NCBI RefSeq assembly: GCF_963921235.1
Contig: NC_086107.1
Location: 62,186,001-62,250,000, forward strand
DNA: 64,000 nucleotides
Reading direction: 5' to 3'
Source: Mobula hypostoma
Taxonomy: Eukaryota
Every line of letters begins with the position of its first letter. The first letter of the stretch is position 1. Positions 50,701 through 63,819 of this stretch are shown here, in pieces. Position numbers and translations under genes: made by a program. A model generated the notes under the pieces. The model was not told the DNA's origin and ran no database searches. It worked only from the letters and a program-made list of their open reading frames with translations.

Positions 50701-50779
50701 TCCTGCACAATCCTACATGAATCTTAGTCAATCCTTCATATTTCTATACAAATCCAAGTTTATTCTCCCCACACTCCCA

Positions 50780-51320
50780 TCTTATTGTATCTTGGCATTT
50801 CCTGGAGGGACAGAGTACCCAATGCAGAGGTTCTCCCTCATGCCAATCTCTGTATCGTGTACACCCTGCTCAGGCAGCATAGGTTTTGCTGGCTGGTCCA
50901 TGGCTGCCATTTTCAGGGTGGCTACATCCCAAAAAACATCCTCTACAGTGAGGTGGCTTCAGTCAAGAGAACCACTGGTTATCCTCAGCTCTGGTACAAG
51001 GATATCTGCAGGCAGGACATGAAGGTGCTGGACATCAACACTGAGTCCTTGGAGGAATATGCAGCCGACCGCACCACGTGAAGAAGCACCCTGAAACAAC
51101 ACCTTAAGTAGGCGAGGAAAAATTCCTGAAAGCAGCCAAAGGGAAACAGGCCCATAGAGAGGAACGCTATGTCTCCAGCAGGGATGGACCACTTCATATG
51201 TGACCTTTGCAACACAAACTGGCACTCCTGCATTGGTCTCGTCAGCCTCAGACGGCACTGAACCAGCAACGTAGATAGCTAGGACAAAACATCCATGGTC
51301 AACCTCAACCGACGGAGGGC
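50780..51320 (+). mobile_element. RTE-clade LINE 3' fragment
   Basis: LGISWRDRVPNAEVL...IPKNILYSEVASVKRTTGYPQLWYKDICRQDMK...AADRTTW and C-terminal FICDLCN...HSCIGL. Confidence 0.85.
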
Positions 51321-51364
51321 CACACTCCTATAAACTTTCCCCCAACCCCCCCAAGATTCTGCCA

Positions 51365-51570
51365 CTCACCTACCCACTAGGTGCAATTTACAGCAGCCAA
51401 TTAACCTGCTAATCTGCATGTCTTTGAAACGGGGAGAAAAGCAGGGCGCCCGGGGAAACCCATACCGACACAGGAAGAACGTGCAAACTCTGCACAGACA
51501 GTATCGGAGATCAAGATTGAACCCAAATCGCTGGGATCTGGTATCTATTCGATGCAGCACTCTGCCATTT
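51365..51570 (-). mobile_element. V-SINE-like element
   Basis: gggaaacccatac...aggaagaacgtgcaaactctgcacagacag...gattgaaccc. Confidence 0.7.
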
Positions 51571-51641
51571 TAACTTATCATTCTGCCCATCTTAAACGTT
51601 TTGTGCATCGAATAAATCTTCCTTTAACGTAGAAGCAATCC

Positions 51642-54250
51642 TGTTATGGTACACACCCAACCATACTAGCCCCTTTGGTTTAGACATTCCAGTTTTCCAG
51701 CGTATGGATAGCTGGTGCTGTCCCTTTAAAGATCCTGGTCTGCTCCACTAATTGGCAGCCATATCTTGGCACCAAGATTTGGAATTTAAAGAGCACCTGA
51801 ACTCGGGTTCGGTGCTCAGTCATCAGCTCAACTTTGGTTCAGCCTGCTATTGCATTTAGGATTTCCGTCTCCTTTGGATTCTCAACTAGTTTCATCAAGT
51901 TCTGGTGAAGAGTAAACCTGCAACCTTGAGGACAGTAAGGAAATGGTCGGAGGAGGCTTATGAGGCGCTCCAGGGTTGTTTTGAGGTGACAGACTGGCAG
52001 ACACTCTGTGAGCCACATGGAAAGGATATTGATGGGCTCACAGGGTGCATCACTGATTACATCAACAGTGTGGACTGCAATGTTCCGACAAGAACTGTCC
52101 TTTGTTATTCAAATAACAAGCCATGGGTAACAAAGGACATTAAGGACATCCTGAACGTTAAAAAGAGAGCGTTTAGAGATGGAAATAGGGAGGACTGAGG
52201 GCAATATGGAGTGACCTGAAAGCCAGGATCAGGGAGGCTAAAGACAGGTACAGGAGGAAGCTTGAGTGGAAACTCCAGCAGAACAACATGAGAGAGGTCT
52301 GGAGTGGGATGAGGACCATCACTGGGTTCCGGCAAACTAGCAACAGAGGAGCTGAAGGCAGTGTGGACAGGGCCAACAAACTTAACCTGTTCTTTAACAG
52401 ATTTGACATTGTGGCCCCTGCCCATCCTCCACATGAGTCATCTGTTGTCGGCCCCCAACCAACACGTATTCCACTCTCCGCTCCTACCCCTCCTCACAGT
52501 CCCCCACCCTGCTCTCATGACTATACCCCTTCCCCACACGAAACCACCACGGTGGGCTTCATGGCTGAATAGGTGAGAAGACAGCTGAAACGTCTCAACC
52601 CAAGCAAGGCTGCAGGACCGGATGGTGTCAGTACCAGGGTGATCAAAGCCTGTGCCCCTCAGCTATATGGAGTACTTTGCCATGTCTTCAACCTGAGCCT
52701 GAGGCTCCGGAGGGTTCCTGTGCTGTGGAAGACGTCCTGCCTTGTCTCTGTGCCGAAGACGCCGTGCCCCAGCGGCCTCAATGACTACAGACCGGTGGCA
52801 TTGACCTCCCACATCATGAAGACCCTGGAGAGACTTGTTCTGGAATTGCTCCAGCCTATGGTCAGGCCACACTTAGATCCCCTCCAGTTCGCCTACCAGC
52901 CCTGACTAGGAGTTGAGGATGCCACTGTCTACCTGCTGAACCATGTCTACGCCCACCTGGACAAGTCAGCGAGCACTGTGAGGGTCATGTTTTTTGACTT
53001 CTCCAGTGCGTTCAACACCATCCGCCCTGCTCTGCTGGGGGAGAAGCTGACAGCGATGCAGGTGGATGCTTTCCTGGTGTCATGGATTCTTGATTACCTG
53101 ACTGGCAGACCACAGTACATGTGCTTGCAACACTGTGTGTCCGACAGAGTGATCAGCAGCACTGGGGCTCCACAGGGGACTGTCTTGTCTCCCTTTCTCT
53201 TCACCATTTACACCTCAGACTTCAACTACTGCACAGAGTCTTGTCATCGTCAGAAGTTTTCGGATGACTCTGCTATAGTTGGATGCATCAGCAAGGGAGA
53301 TGAGGCTGAGTACAGGGCTGCGGTAGGAAACTTTGTCGCATGGTGTGAACAGAATTATCTGCAGCTTAATGTGAAAAAGACTAAGTTGCTGGTGGTAGAC
53401 CTGAGGAGAGCTAAGGCACCGGTGACCCCTGTTTCCATCCAGGGGGTCAGTGTGGACATGGTGGAGGATTACAAATACCTGGGGATACGAATTGACAATA
53501 AACTGGACCGGTCAAAGAACACTGAGGCTGTCTACAAGAATGGTCAGAGCCGTCTCTATTTCCTGAGGAGACTGAGGTCCTTTAACATCTACCGGACGAT
53601 GCTGAGGATGTTCTACCAGTCTGTGGTGGCCAGTGCGATCATGTTTGCTGTTGTGTGCTGGGGCAGCAGGCTAAGGGTGGCAGACACCAACAGAATCAAC
53701 AAACTCATTCGTAAGGCCAGTGATGTTGTGGGGATGGAACTGGACTCTCTGACGGTGGTATCTGAAAAGAAGATGCTATCCAAGTTGCATGCCATCTTGG
53801 ACAATGTCTCCCATCCACTACATAATGTACTGTTTGGGCGCAGGAGTACATTCAGCCAGAGACTCATTCCACCAAGATGCAACACAGAGTGTCATAGGAA
53901 GTCATTCCTGCCTGTGGCCATTAAACTTTACAACTCCTCCCTTGGAGGGTCAGACACCCTGAGACAATAGGCTGGTCCTGGACCTATTTCCTGGCATAAT
54001 TTACATAGTACTATTTAACTGTTTATGGTTTTATTACTATTTAATTATTTATGGGTGCAACTGTAATGAAAACTAATTTCCCCCGGGATCAAAAAAGTAT
54101 GACTATGACTATGACTGTGACTATAAGTTCTCAACTAGCGTCTAGTCAAGAAACCCCCTCTTGTCTCAGTCCCGAAATCGCATCTCGATTCTAGTCTTGG
54201 TTACTCCAACACTTGGGTCCTTACTATCCTCATCTAGGCCTCTCGTCACA
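51642..54250 (+). mobile_element. Probable solo LTR (~360 bp: 51642-51889 and 54139-54250) split by a Rex1 insertion
   Basis: Ends TGTTATG...CGTCACA; flanks AATCC (51637-51641) and GATCC (54251-54255); ttgggtcc motif near the 3' end. Confidence 0.6.
51890..54127 (+). mobile_element. Young 5'-truncated Rex1 LINE with nearly intact RT ORF
   Basis: Frames 52288-52572, 52573-52905 and 52978-53970 are one frame broken by two point stops, with one frameshift near 52195. Motifs NDYRPVALT, FFDFSSAFNTI, GAPQGTVLSP, KFSDD, YKYLG; (GACTAT)n tail; 11-bp TSD TTCTCAACTAG at 51879-51889 and 54128-54138. Confidence 0.95.
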
Positions 54251-54439
54251 GATCCCAGCCTGATCAGTCATTCTCGTACCCAATTTCCTCCAACCTCTGC
54301 CACTATCCTCGGAAGTCTCTTCTGTTTCCCTCTCTCAGGCCTTCATCCATCCTGTAAGACAGTAACCAGTACCGATGCGGCCTAACCTGGGCTTTGTACC
54401 ATTTTATATAATCTCCTGCTTTACTCATCTAAAGCTCAA

Positions 54440-55170
54440 ACAATCAAAATCATCTTTATTGTCACTGTCTTAAATTACAAAATAAGGGAAAAGTACAAAA
54501 AGAAGCAATGTTGATAGGCTCATAGACAATTGACAAATCTGATGATGGTGAGGAAGAAGCTCTTTCCAAGTTGTTGAGCGTGGGTCTTCAGGCTCCTGTG
54601 CCTAAAACCCTGATGGTAGTAAAGAGAAGGGGGCATGTCCCAGAAGGTGAGTTTTTTTCATGATGGATGCCACCATCTTGAGGCAAAGACTCTTGAAGAT
54701 ATCCTTGATGGTGGGGAGGGTCGTGCTTGTGATGAAACTGGCTGAGTCTGCAACCCTCTACAACTCCTTCTGATTCTGCACAGGGGAGCCTCCATGTCAG
54801 GTGATGATACAACCTGTCAGAATGCTCTCCATGATGCAGCTGTAGAAATTTGCTAGTCTTTGGTGACAAACCAAATCTCCTCAAAGTCCTAACAAAGTTG
54901 GGCTACTGGCATACCTTCTTCATGCATCGGTCTGTTCGGTCCAGGATAGATCCTCCAAGATGTTGACACCCAAGAATGTAAAGCTCACCCTTTCCACCAT
55001 TGATCCCTTAAGGAGGACAGCTGCATCTTTCTGCAACTTTCCCTTCCTGAACTCCACAATCAGTTCTTTGGTCTTCTGACAATGAGTGCGCAGTTGGCAT
55101 TGTGATGCCACTCAGCTAGCCGATCCATTTCACTCCTGCATACCTCCTCTGAGATTTTACCACCAACAGT
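54440..55170 (-). mobile_element. Rex1/Babar-like LINE 3' fragment (decayed)
   Basis: KTKELIVEFRK...VERVSFTFLGVNILEDLSW; MRRFGLSPKT. Confidence 0.85.
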
Positions 55171-55999
55171 GAAGGGAACCTGTTTTCTTGTAAGCAGCCT
55201 GCATAGCACTCCAAAAACATCCTGTTCCTTTCTAACCTGCTACTGTCCTTTCACAGCTTTGCAATCAACATCTCTTCTGTGGAAACACAGAACACATATA
55301 AGATCTATTAATAACCACAGAGCAGATTTTCATTGTGAAAGGATGCAAAAATATAGATGTCTTCTAAGGCCTGAAAGTATCAAAGTCAATTTCTGTCCAG
55401 TTACCAATAACAAAAACACTCTTCAAATGCTTTTTAGCATTTTGTTAAATGAAATTATAACTAGTCTAGTGAACTGTAGCAATAAGGAAATACAGCAGAT
55501 TCGGGTTAATTGGGACCAGTACATCTTGGCCCAATTAAGCAGATGCCCCAATTAGGTAGTGGACAATTCAACAGCCATACTTGAGCATAGAATTGAGAAC
55601 ATCAGTCATAGAGGAAGTTCAAAAGCAAGAATTGAAACATTGTCCATCCAGGAGGAGGTGGTGTAGGTGGGCAAGTACTGACATTTGAGAGAATGAGATG
55701 ATATAAGTTAAGATATATGGAAACCGACTGTCCTAATGACGGTGTGGATTAGTGGTCCAACAGTCAAATATACAGCCACAGCTGTAAGCAGTTGACAGAG
55801 AGAGGGATGGAAGTCGTGACTCAGCAAGGAATCTTGTGCCAAAGAATGAAGACAACTGCCTCTGCCTTCCTAATGCTAAATTAATGGACACTTCCGCTTC
55901 CTCTGTACAGAATGCTACTTAAGTGGTCAGAGAAGTTGGACTGTGGCTATGAAGCAATAGGAAATGCAGTTTCAATTTTATTTTGGAAGTAAATGTTCC

Positions 56000-56880
56000 A
56001 TAAAACATAGAACAGGGCAGCTCAGGAAGAAGCCCTTTGGCCTTCCCTGTATGTACCAACCACGATGTCAGTCTATCTAATCCGATCTTCCTGCACGTAG
56101 TCTGTATCTCTCTACCCTTGCCTGTTTAAATGTTTTGTCTAAATATGTTTTTAAATGTTGGAACCATATCTGCTTCTATCACCTCTCCTGAAAGCACATT
56201 TCAGGTATTGACCACTTTCAATGTAAAGCTGGCCTCACATATCTCCTTTAAGCATATCCCCTCTTACCTTAATGCCACACCTTCTATTATTTGACATTTC
56301 CACCGTGGGATAAAGACTCCAGTAATTATCTCTCTCATCATTTAATGGATATCTATTGGGCTTTCCTTCAGCAGCCAACAATTCAGAGGAAACAACCCAA
56401 GTTTGTCCACCAACGGGGCCTGATGAAGCGTCTTGGTCCAAAATGTTGACTATTTATTCCTTTCCATGGAGGCTGCCTGACCTGCTGACTTCCTCCAGCA
56501 TTTTGTCTGTGTTGCTCTGGATGTCCAGCATCTGCAGAGTCGCTTGTGTCCAAATCTGTCTACCCTCCATATAATTAACACACTTTAGTCCAGGCAACAT
56601 TCTGATGAACATCTGCTCTCTCTCCGAAGCCACCACATTCTTCCAGTAGAGTGGTGATCAGAATTGTACTCAGTACTCCAAATGTAGCCTAATTAAAGAT
56701 TTACACAGCTGCAACACGAGCTCCCAACTTTTATACTCAATGCCCCAAATGACAAAATCAAGCATGCCATTGGCCTATCCACTTGTGCTACCACTTTTAA
56801 GAGCAATGGACTTGCACCCCAAGATCCTTCTGTATATCATTGCTCCTAAGGATCCCGTTGTTAATTGTGTACCTTTCATT
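56000..56880 (-). mobile_element. Old CR1 3' fragment containing a + strand PLE terminus (56412-56549)
   Basis: cataaaacatagaac tail; cagaattgtactcagtactccaaatgtagcct; PLE part cctgatgaagcgtcttggtccaaaatgttgact...cagcatctgcaga. Confidence 0.78.
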
Positions 56881-57751
56881 GTGCATGAACTATCAGCAAA
56901 GATGGGGTCTGTTCGTCAGACAGCAGAGGACCAGTGTATGGTGACAGAGTAAGCTTCCTGCAGCCTGGCAATCTATTGATTTCCCATCCAAGTACCTCAG
57001 GCGGGGCCATTCATTTAGGGAACCTATTGAGCTGAGCTGTCTGCTGCTACTGAACTGGTGGCAATGGCAAGCACAAAGATCTGGCAAAATCGACACACCA
57101 ACATAATACAGAAGAGACAGAACAAAGCAACAGTTAAAATACACATCATACATTGTTCGTTCTGTGCTGTAACAGACCTTAACAACTCTGAATATTCATC
57201 ACTTAAGGAAGTGAGTGGCAGCGATGTGGTATTCTACGAACCTGAACCAAGGGACTACACAGTATATCTCTGACCACATCCCCTTCACACAAATGGATCA
57301 CCCCCCACCCCCCAAGTCATCTTAAACATATGTTCTGTCTGCTTCAGGCAATTGCTGCTTATGCTGACAGAACTGCAGAGCAGATGGAATTGGTGTATGG
57401 CACTCCACATTCTTCTTAGCTTTAAAACAATTCTATCCAGATTGGAAAACACTGCCACTTCCTGCTTGCAGGTGTTGATAAAAAACAGGCAGAAGCTTGT
57501 TGAAATTGTCATTTGAAAGTAATGCTGAAACTGACATTAGATTTCACAATTCTGTTAGCCAAATCATTCTGGCTCAACAAAGCGATCTGCAGTTACCCGA
57601 ACAAAAAAAGCTGCAGTTGTGTTTGCACATGGTCATGGCAGCAAATACAGTATATGTTATTTTCTCATCTCTTCTGCCACTCAAAGCACTGCAGCCAAAA
57701 ACACATTGTCCATAGAGTTCACTGAAATAGACAATGAAATCCACCTCTAAC

Positions 57752-58030
57752 AAGGCAGCACAGTGGTGCAGTGAATAGAGCTGCTGTCTCACAGATCTGG
57801 AGACCTGGATCCATTCCTGACTTTGGATCCTGCCAGCGTGGAGTTTGCACATTCTACCAGTGACTGCATGAATATCCCTCTGGTTTCTTCCATGCCCTAA
57901 CAACAAGTGGGTTGACAGGTTAATTGGTCACTGTAACTTACCTGCAATATGTAAGCGAGAGGTAGAACCTGTGGGAAGCTTGTATTGGGAGAACAAATTG
58001 AGCTACAGATATACCATGAACACCGTTTGG
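57752..58030 (+). mobile_element. V-SINE-like element
   Basis: ggcagcacagtggtgcagtg...gctgctgtctcacag...gtggagtttgcacattct...gtgactgcatg. Confidence 0.72.
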
Positions 58031-58039
58031 TATGGGGAG

Positions 58040-61000
58040 GGGAGGGGAGTTCTGTGCACAGGATTGAAAGAAGCTTCGGCAAGTTGTAAAATTAGTCAGG
58101 TCCATAGTGTCAGCTTCCATAGTGTCCAAGACATCTTCGAGGAGTGCTGCCTCAAAAAGGTGGCATCCATCATTAACTACCCAACACCACCAAGGACATG
58201 CCCTCTTCTAATTGGCACTGTCAGGAAGGAGGTACAGAAGGCTGAAGTCACACACTCATTGATTCAGGAACAGCGTCTACCCTTCTGCCATCTGATTTCT
58301 AAATGGACATTGAACCCATAGAATCATAGAACATTACAGCACAGAAACATGCCTTTTGGCCCTTCTTGACTGTGCCAAACCATTTTTCTGCCTAATCCCA
58401 CTGACCTGCACACGGACCATATCCCTCCATACACCTCTCATCCATGCACCTGTCCAAGTTTTTCTTAAATGTTAGAAGTGAGCCCATATTTACCACTTCA
58501 TCTGGCAGCTCATTCCACAGTCCCACCTCTCTCTGTGTGAAGAAGCCCCCCCTAATGTTCCCTTTAAACTTTTCCCCCTTCACCCTTAACCCATGTCCTC
58601 TGGTTTTTTTCTCCCCTAGCATCAGTGGAAAAAGCCTGCTTGCATTCACTCTATCAATACCCATCATAATTTTATATACCTTTATGAAATCTCCCTTCAT
58701 TCTTCTACGCTCCAGGGAATAAAGTGCTAACCTATTCAACTTTCCTCTGTAACTCAGTTTCTCAAGTCCCGGCAACATCCTTGTAAACTTTCTCTGCACT
58801 CTTTCAACCTTATTAATATCCTTCCTGTAATTTGGTGCCAAATCTGTACATAATACTTCAAATCTGGCCTCACCAATGACTTATACAACCTCACCATAAC
58901 ATTCCAACTCTTATACTCAATACTTTGATTTATAAAGGCCAATGTACCAAAAGCTCTCTTTACGACCCTATCTACCTGTGATGCCACTTTTAGGGAATTT
59001 TGTATCTGTATTCCCAGATCCCTCTGTTCTACTGCACTCCTCAGTGCCCTACCATTTACCTTATATGTTCTAACTTGGTTTGTCCTCCAAAGTGCAATAC
59101 CTCACACTTGTCTATATTAAACTCCATCTGCCATTTTTCAGCCCATTTTTCCAGCTGGTCCAAATCTCTCTGCAGGCTTTGAAAACCTTCCTCACTGTCC
59201 ACTCCATTATCAGCAAATCTGCTGATCCAACTTACCACATTGTCATCCAGATATTATTATAGATGACAAATAACAATGGACCCAACACTGATTCCTGCAG
59301 CACACCACTAGTCGTAGGCCTTCACTCAGAGAAGCAATCCTCCACTACCACCCTCTGGCTTCTTCCACTGAGCCAATGTCTAATCTAATTTACTACCTCT
59401 CCATGTATACCTAGCGACTGAATCTTCCTAACTAACCTCCCATGCGGGACCTTGTCAAAGACCTTACTGAAGTCCATGTAGGCAACACCCATTGCCTTCC
59501 CTTCATCCACTTTCCTGGTAACCTCCTCGAAAAACTCTAATAGTTTGGTTAAACATGACCTTCCACGCACAAAGCCATGTTGACTCTCCCTAATAAGTCC
59601 CTGTCTATCCAAATACTTGTAGATCCTAACTCTCAGTACTCCTTCCAGTAATTTACCTACTACCAACGTCAAATTTACTGGCCTATAATTTCCCGGATTA
59701 GAGCCTTTTTTAAATAACGGAACAACATGAGCTATCCTCCAATCCTCCGGCACCTCACCCATAGATACTGACATTTTAAATATATCTGCCAGGGCCCCTG
59801 CAATTTCAACACTAGTCTCCTTCAAGGTCCGAGGGAATACCCTGTCAGGTCCTGGGGATTTATCTACTCTGATTTGCCTCAAGATAGCAATCACCTCCTC
59901 CTCCTCAATCTGTATAGGTTCCATGACCTCACTGCTTATTTGTCTTATTTCCATTGACTCCATGCCAGTTTCCTTAATAAATACAGGTGCAAAAAAAACA
60001 TTTAAGATCTCCCCCATTTCTTTTGGTTTCATACATAGCCGACCACTCTGATCTTCAAGAGGACCAATTTTATCCCTTACTATCCTTTTGTTCTTAATAT
60101 ACCTGTAGAAGCTCTTTGGATTATCCTTCACCTTGACTGCCAAAGCAAACTCATGTCTTTTTTTAGTCCTCCTGATTTCTTTCTTAAGTATTTTTTTTTG
60201 CACTTTTTATACTCCTCAAGCACCTTATTTGCTCCCTATTTCCTATACATGTCATACATCTCTCTCTTCTTCTTTTTCAGAGTTCCAATATCCCTTGAGT
60301 TCCTTATTCTTATTCACTTTGCCTTTAATCGTGACAGGAACATACAAACTCTGCACTCTCAAAATTTCTCCTTTGAAGGTTTCCCACTTACCGATCACAT
60401 CCTTGCCAGAGAACAACCTGTCCCAATCCACGCTTTTTAGATCCTTTCTCATTTCTTCAAATTTGGCATTTTTCCAGTTTAGATCCTCAACCCAAAGACC
60501 AGATCTATCTTTATCCATAATCAAGTTGAAACTAATGGTGTTATGTTCACTGGAACCAAAGTGTTATTCCTACCCTCACTGGCATGTGGCACAGGTAGCA
60601 ATCCTGAGATTACCACCCTCAAGGTCCTGCTTTTTAACTTCCTACCGAGCTCTCTATACTCACTCTTCAGGACCTCCTCACTCTTTCTTCCTACGTCATT
60701 GATACCGATGAGTACCGTGTCATCTGGCTGATCATCCTCCCACTTCAGAATGCTGTGCACGCGATCAGAGACATCCCTGACCCTGGCACCCAGGAGGCAA
60801 CAAACCATCTCTGTCACGACCACAGAACCTCCTTTCTGTACCTCTAACTATCTGCGCCTTGTAAGGCATGAAAATGCCCAACGCAGGCCTCTCACGGTCT
60901 GAGTCGACGTTCCCCTCCCTATATATTGATTTAGAAAACTTTCCTGAACACATTTTACAAACTCTAACCCATCTAGACCTTTAACAGTATGGGAATCCCA

Positions 61001-62992
61001 AACAATATGTGGAAAATTAAAATCCCCTACTATCACAACTTTATGTTTCCTGCAGTTGTCTGCTATCTCTCTGCAGATTTGCTCCTCCAATTCTCGCTGA
61101 CTATTGGGTGGTCTATAATACAACCCCATTAATATGGTCATACCTTTCCTGTTTCTCAGCTCCACCCATATGGCCTCAGTAGACAAGCCCTCTAATCTGT
61201 CCTGCCTGAGCACTGCTGTAACATTTTCCCTGACTAGCAATGCCACCACCCCCCACCCTTCATTCCTCTGCCTCTATCACGTCTGAAGCATCGGAATGCT
61301 GGAACATTAAGCTGCCAGTCCTGCCCCTCCTGCAGCCCAGATTCACTAATGACTATAATGTCATAATTCCATGTGTCAATCCACGCCCTCATCTCGTCAG
61401 CCTTCCCCACAATTCTCCTTGCATTGAAATAGACACACCTCAGAAGATTATTACCACCACACACAGCCCTTCTATTTGTGACTTTGCATGAAATTTTAAC
61501 ATCATGTATTTTCATCCCTGCTCCACTATCTGCTCTGGTACTCTGGTTCCCATCCCCTTGCAAATCTAGTTTAAACCCTCCCCAAAAGCACTAACAAACC
61601 TCCCTGCAAGAATATTGGTCCCCTTGTAGTTCAGGTGTTACCTGTCTCCCTTGCACAGGTCCCACCTGCCCCAGAAGAGGTCCCAATGATCCTGAAATCT
61701 GAAACCCTGCCCCCTACATCAGTCTCCCAGCCACTTGTTCATCCACCAGAGCATGCTATTCTTACCCTCACTGGCACGTGGCACAGGTAGCAATCCTGAG
61801 ATTACCACCCTCGAGGTCCTGCTTTTTAACTTCCTACCAAGCTCTCTATACTCACTCTTTCTTCCTACGTCATATATCCTACGATGTGTACCATGGCATC
61901 TGGCTGATCACCCTCCCACTTCAGAATGCTGTGCACACGATCAGAGACATCCCCGACCCTGGCACCCGGGAGGCAACAAACCATCTGGGAGTCTCTGTCA
62001 CGACCACAGAACCTCCTTTCTGTACCTCTAACTATCAGGTCCCCTATCACTACTGCTCTCCTCTTCTTCCACTCTCCCTTCTGCACTGCAGAGCCAGACT
62101 CAGTGCCAGAGATCCGGCTGCTGCAGCTTGTCCCAGGTAAGTGATCCCTCCCAGCAGTATCCAAATCATGTTGTTGAGGGGAATGGCCACAGGGCAACCC
62201 TGCTCTGCCTGCCCTTTCCCCTTCCCTAGCCTGACGGTAACCCAATTACCTGTGTGCTGCTCCTTTGGTGTAACTACCTCGCTGAAGCTACTATCTATCA
62301 ACACTTCATTCTCCCGAATGATCCGGAGGTCATTCAGTTCCCTAACGCGGTTTGTTAGGAGCTGCAGCTGGATGCACTTCTTGCAGGTGTCATTGTCAGG
62401 GACACCGGAGATCTTCCTGACTTCACACATCCTGCAAGAGGAGCATCCCAACATCCTGCCTGGCATTCTCTCTTCTCTAAACAAACAAAACAAAACTTAC
62501 CGGAACCTTCCCTCGCCTCTGCCTGTTCACGCCGAAGCCTGTTGAACCAAAGCCGTCCCACTCTGCTCCCTCTCACTCCGCTGCCTGCTGTATATGGTGG
62601 TCTTTTTTTTTAACCTTTGGCACTCTACGTCATGCACCTGTGCAGTCTAGCCTCTTTTCCCCGAGCAGTGTAAAAAAAAATGTCTTCTCTCTGAGATTCC
62701 TTACTCCTTCTCTCTCAGCCTCTTGCTCTGACTTAAAAAAGACGGTTGAAAATTACACTCCGTTTTAAACCTTTAGCACTCTACATCACGTGCCTATGCA
62801 GTCTAGCCTCATGAACACTACCTCACTATTTTTTTAAATTTGTTTTTTGCACTACTTACTGTAACTTAATTATTTAATATACATATATATACTTTCTGTA
62901 TTATCATGTATTGCATTGTACTATTGCCACAATGTTAAAAAATTTCACGACATATGCCGGTGATACTAAATCTAATTCTGATTCTGATTCTG
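58040..62992 (+). mobile_element. Rex1/Babar-like 3' end (58040-58317 and 62811-62992) split by the CR1
   Basis: CLKKVASII...caggaaggaggtacag...ggacattgaacccat | atgaacactacctcact...(TTCTGA)n tail. Confidence 0.8.
58318..62810 (-). mobile_element. Near full-length CR1 LINE (second subfamily), fairly young, internally rearranged
   Basis: ORF1: CSSCRMC...CKKC and VIGDLIVRG. ORF2: CVYFNARRI, VGDFNFP, NYRPVNLT, YMDFSKVFDKVPH, RFAD, TRGHGL...FFTQR. 5' UTR ~43-bp direct repeat at about 62611 and 62768; (ATAGAATC) tail. Confidence 0.95.
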
Positions 62993-63329
62993 AATTAGAT
63001 TCTGTAGGATTTGTGTAGGTGAATACTTGATGGTCAGTGTGGACTTAGTGAATGAAAAGTCCTGTGCTGTGCTCTATAATGCGATGACACTATGACTTTT
63101 ATACATTTCCATTTGTGCTTTAAAAATTGGGATAATATTAATGAAGGTGAACTGCTCAAACAGAAAGCCAGTTCTGCTAAATTGCAAACGAGGCAATGGA
63201 ACTTGAATTTGATGCTCAAAATGAGTATGAATCATTTCTTAAGCTTTGACATTCAATTTAAAAGAACGAAATCTGACTTTCCATGACACATCACATATCT
63301 AAGACAATTCCTGTTCAACTTTGACTCAT

Positions 63330-63715
63330 AATAACACTGGCTGTAGGCTCAAGCCAATTCAGAAGTTGGCACATAACTCAGACCGATGTTCCTGTGCAGC
63401 CTTGTTGGAGTGCTACACTATCAGAAGTTCTGTTCTATGCCTGAGACTTTAAAGTCCTTTCAGTTGAACATAAATGGAATATTGAAAGAAGAGCATGAAA
63501 ATCTCTTGGCGTCTTGGTTAATATTTGTTCTCAGTCAACATCATTAAAACAGATTAATGAGTAATTAATCTCTTGATTATTTGGGTTCTTACTGTGCATA
63601 AATTAGCTGCTGCATTTCACTCCTTTACCACACTTGAGAAAGTACTTAATTGACCATAAAGCTCTTAAGATGCCCCCCAGATTTGAAAACATTGCATGAA
63701 TACATGTTTGCTCTC
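63330..63715 (+). mobile_element. Ancient Deu-domain SINE (SacSINE1/AmnSINE-like)
   Basis: gtcttggttaatattt...caacatcattaaaacagatta...cttactgtgcataaattagctgctgcattt...aagtacttaattg. Confidence 0.65.
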
Positions 63716-63819
63716 TTTTTGAACTGCTCACCAGGCCTTACAGCAGATGGCAAAGAACTGTTATCAAGGCACTCCTTATGTGAACAATCAGGGTTTTTAT
63801 AACGGTTTTCAAAGTTCCA

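Noticed and set aside
52978-53970. 330-aa ORF as a host gene
   Set aside because: It is the RT domain of a 5'-truncated Rex1 LINE with TSD and tail; the upstream frame has stops.
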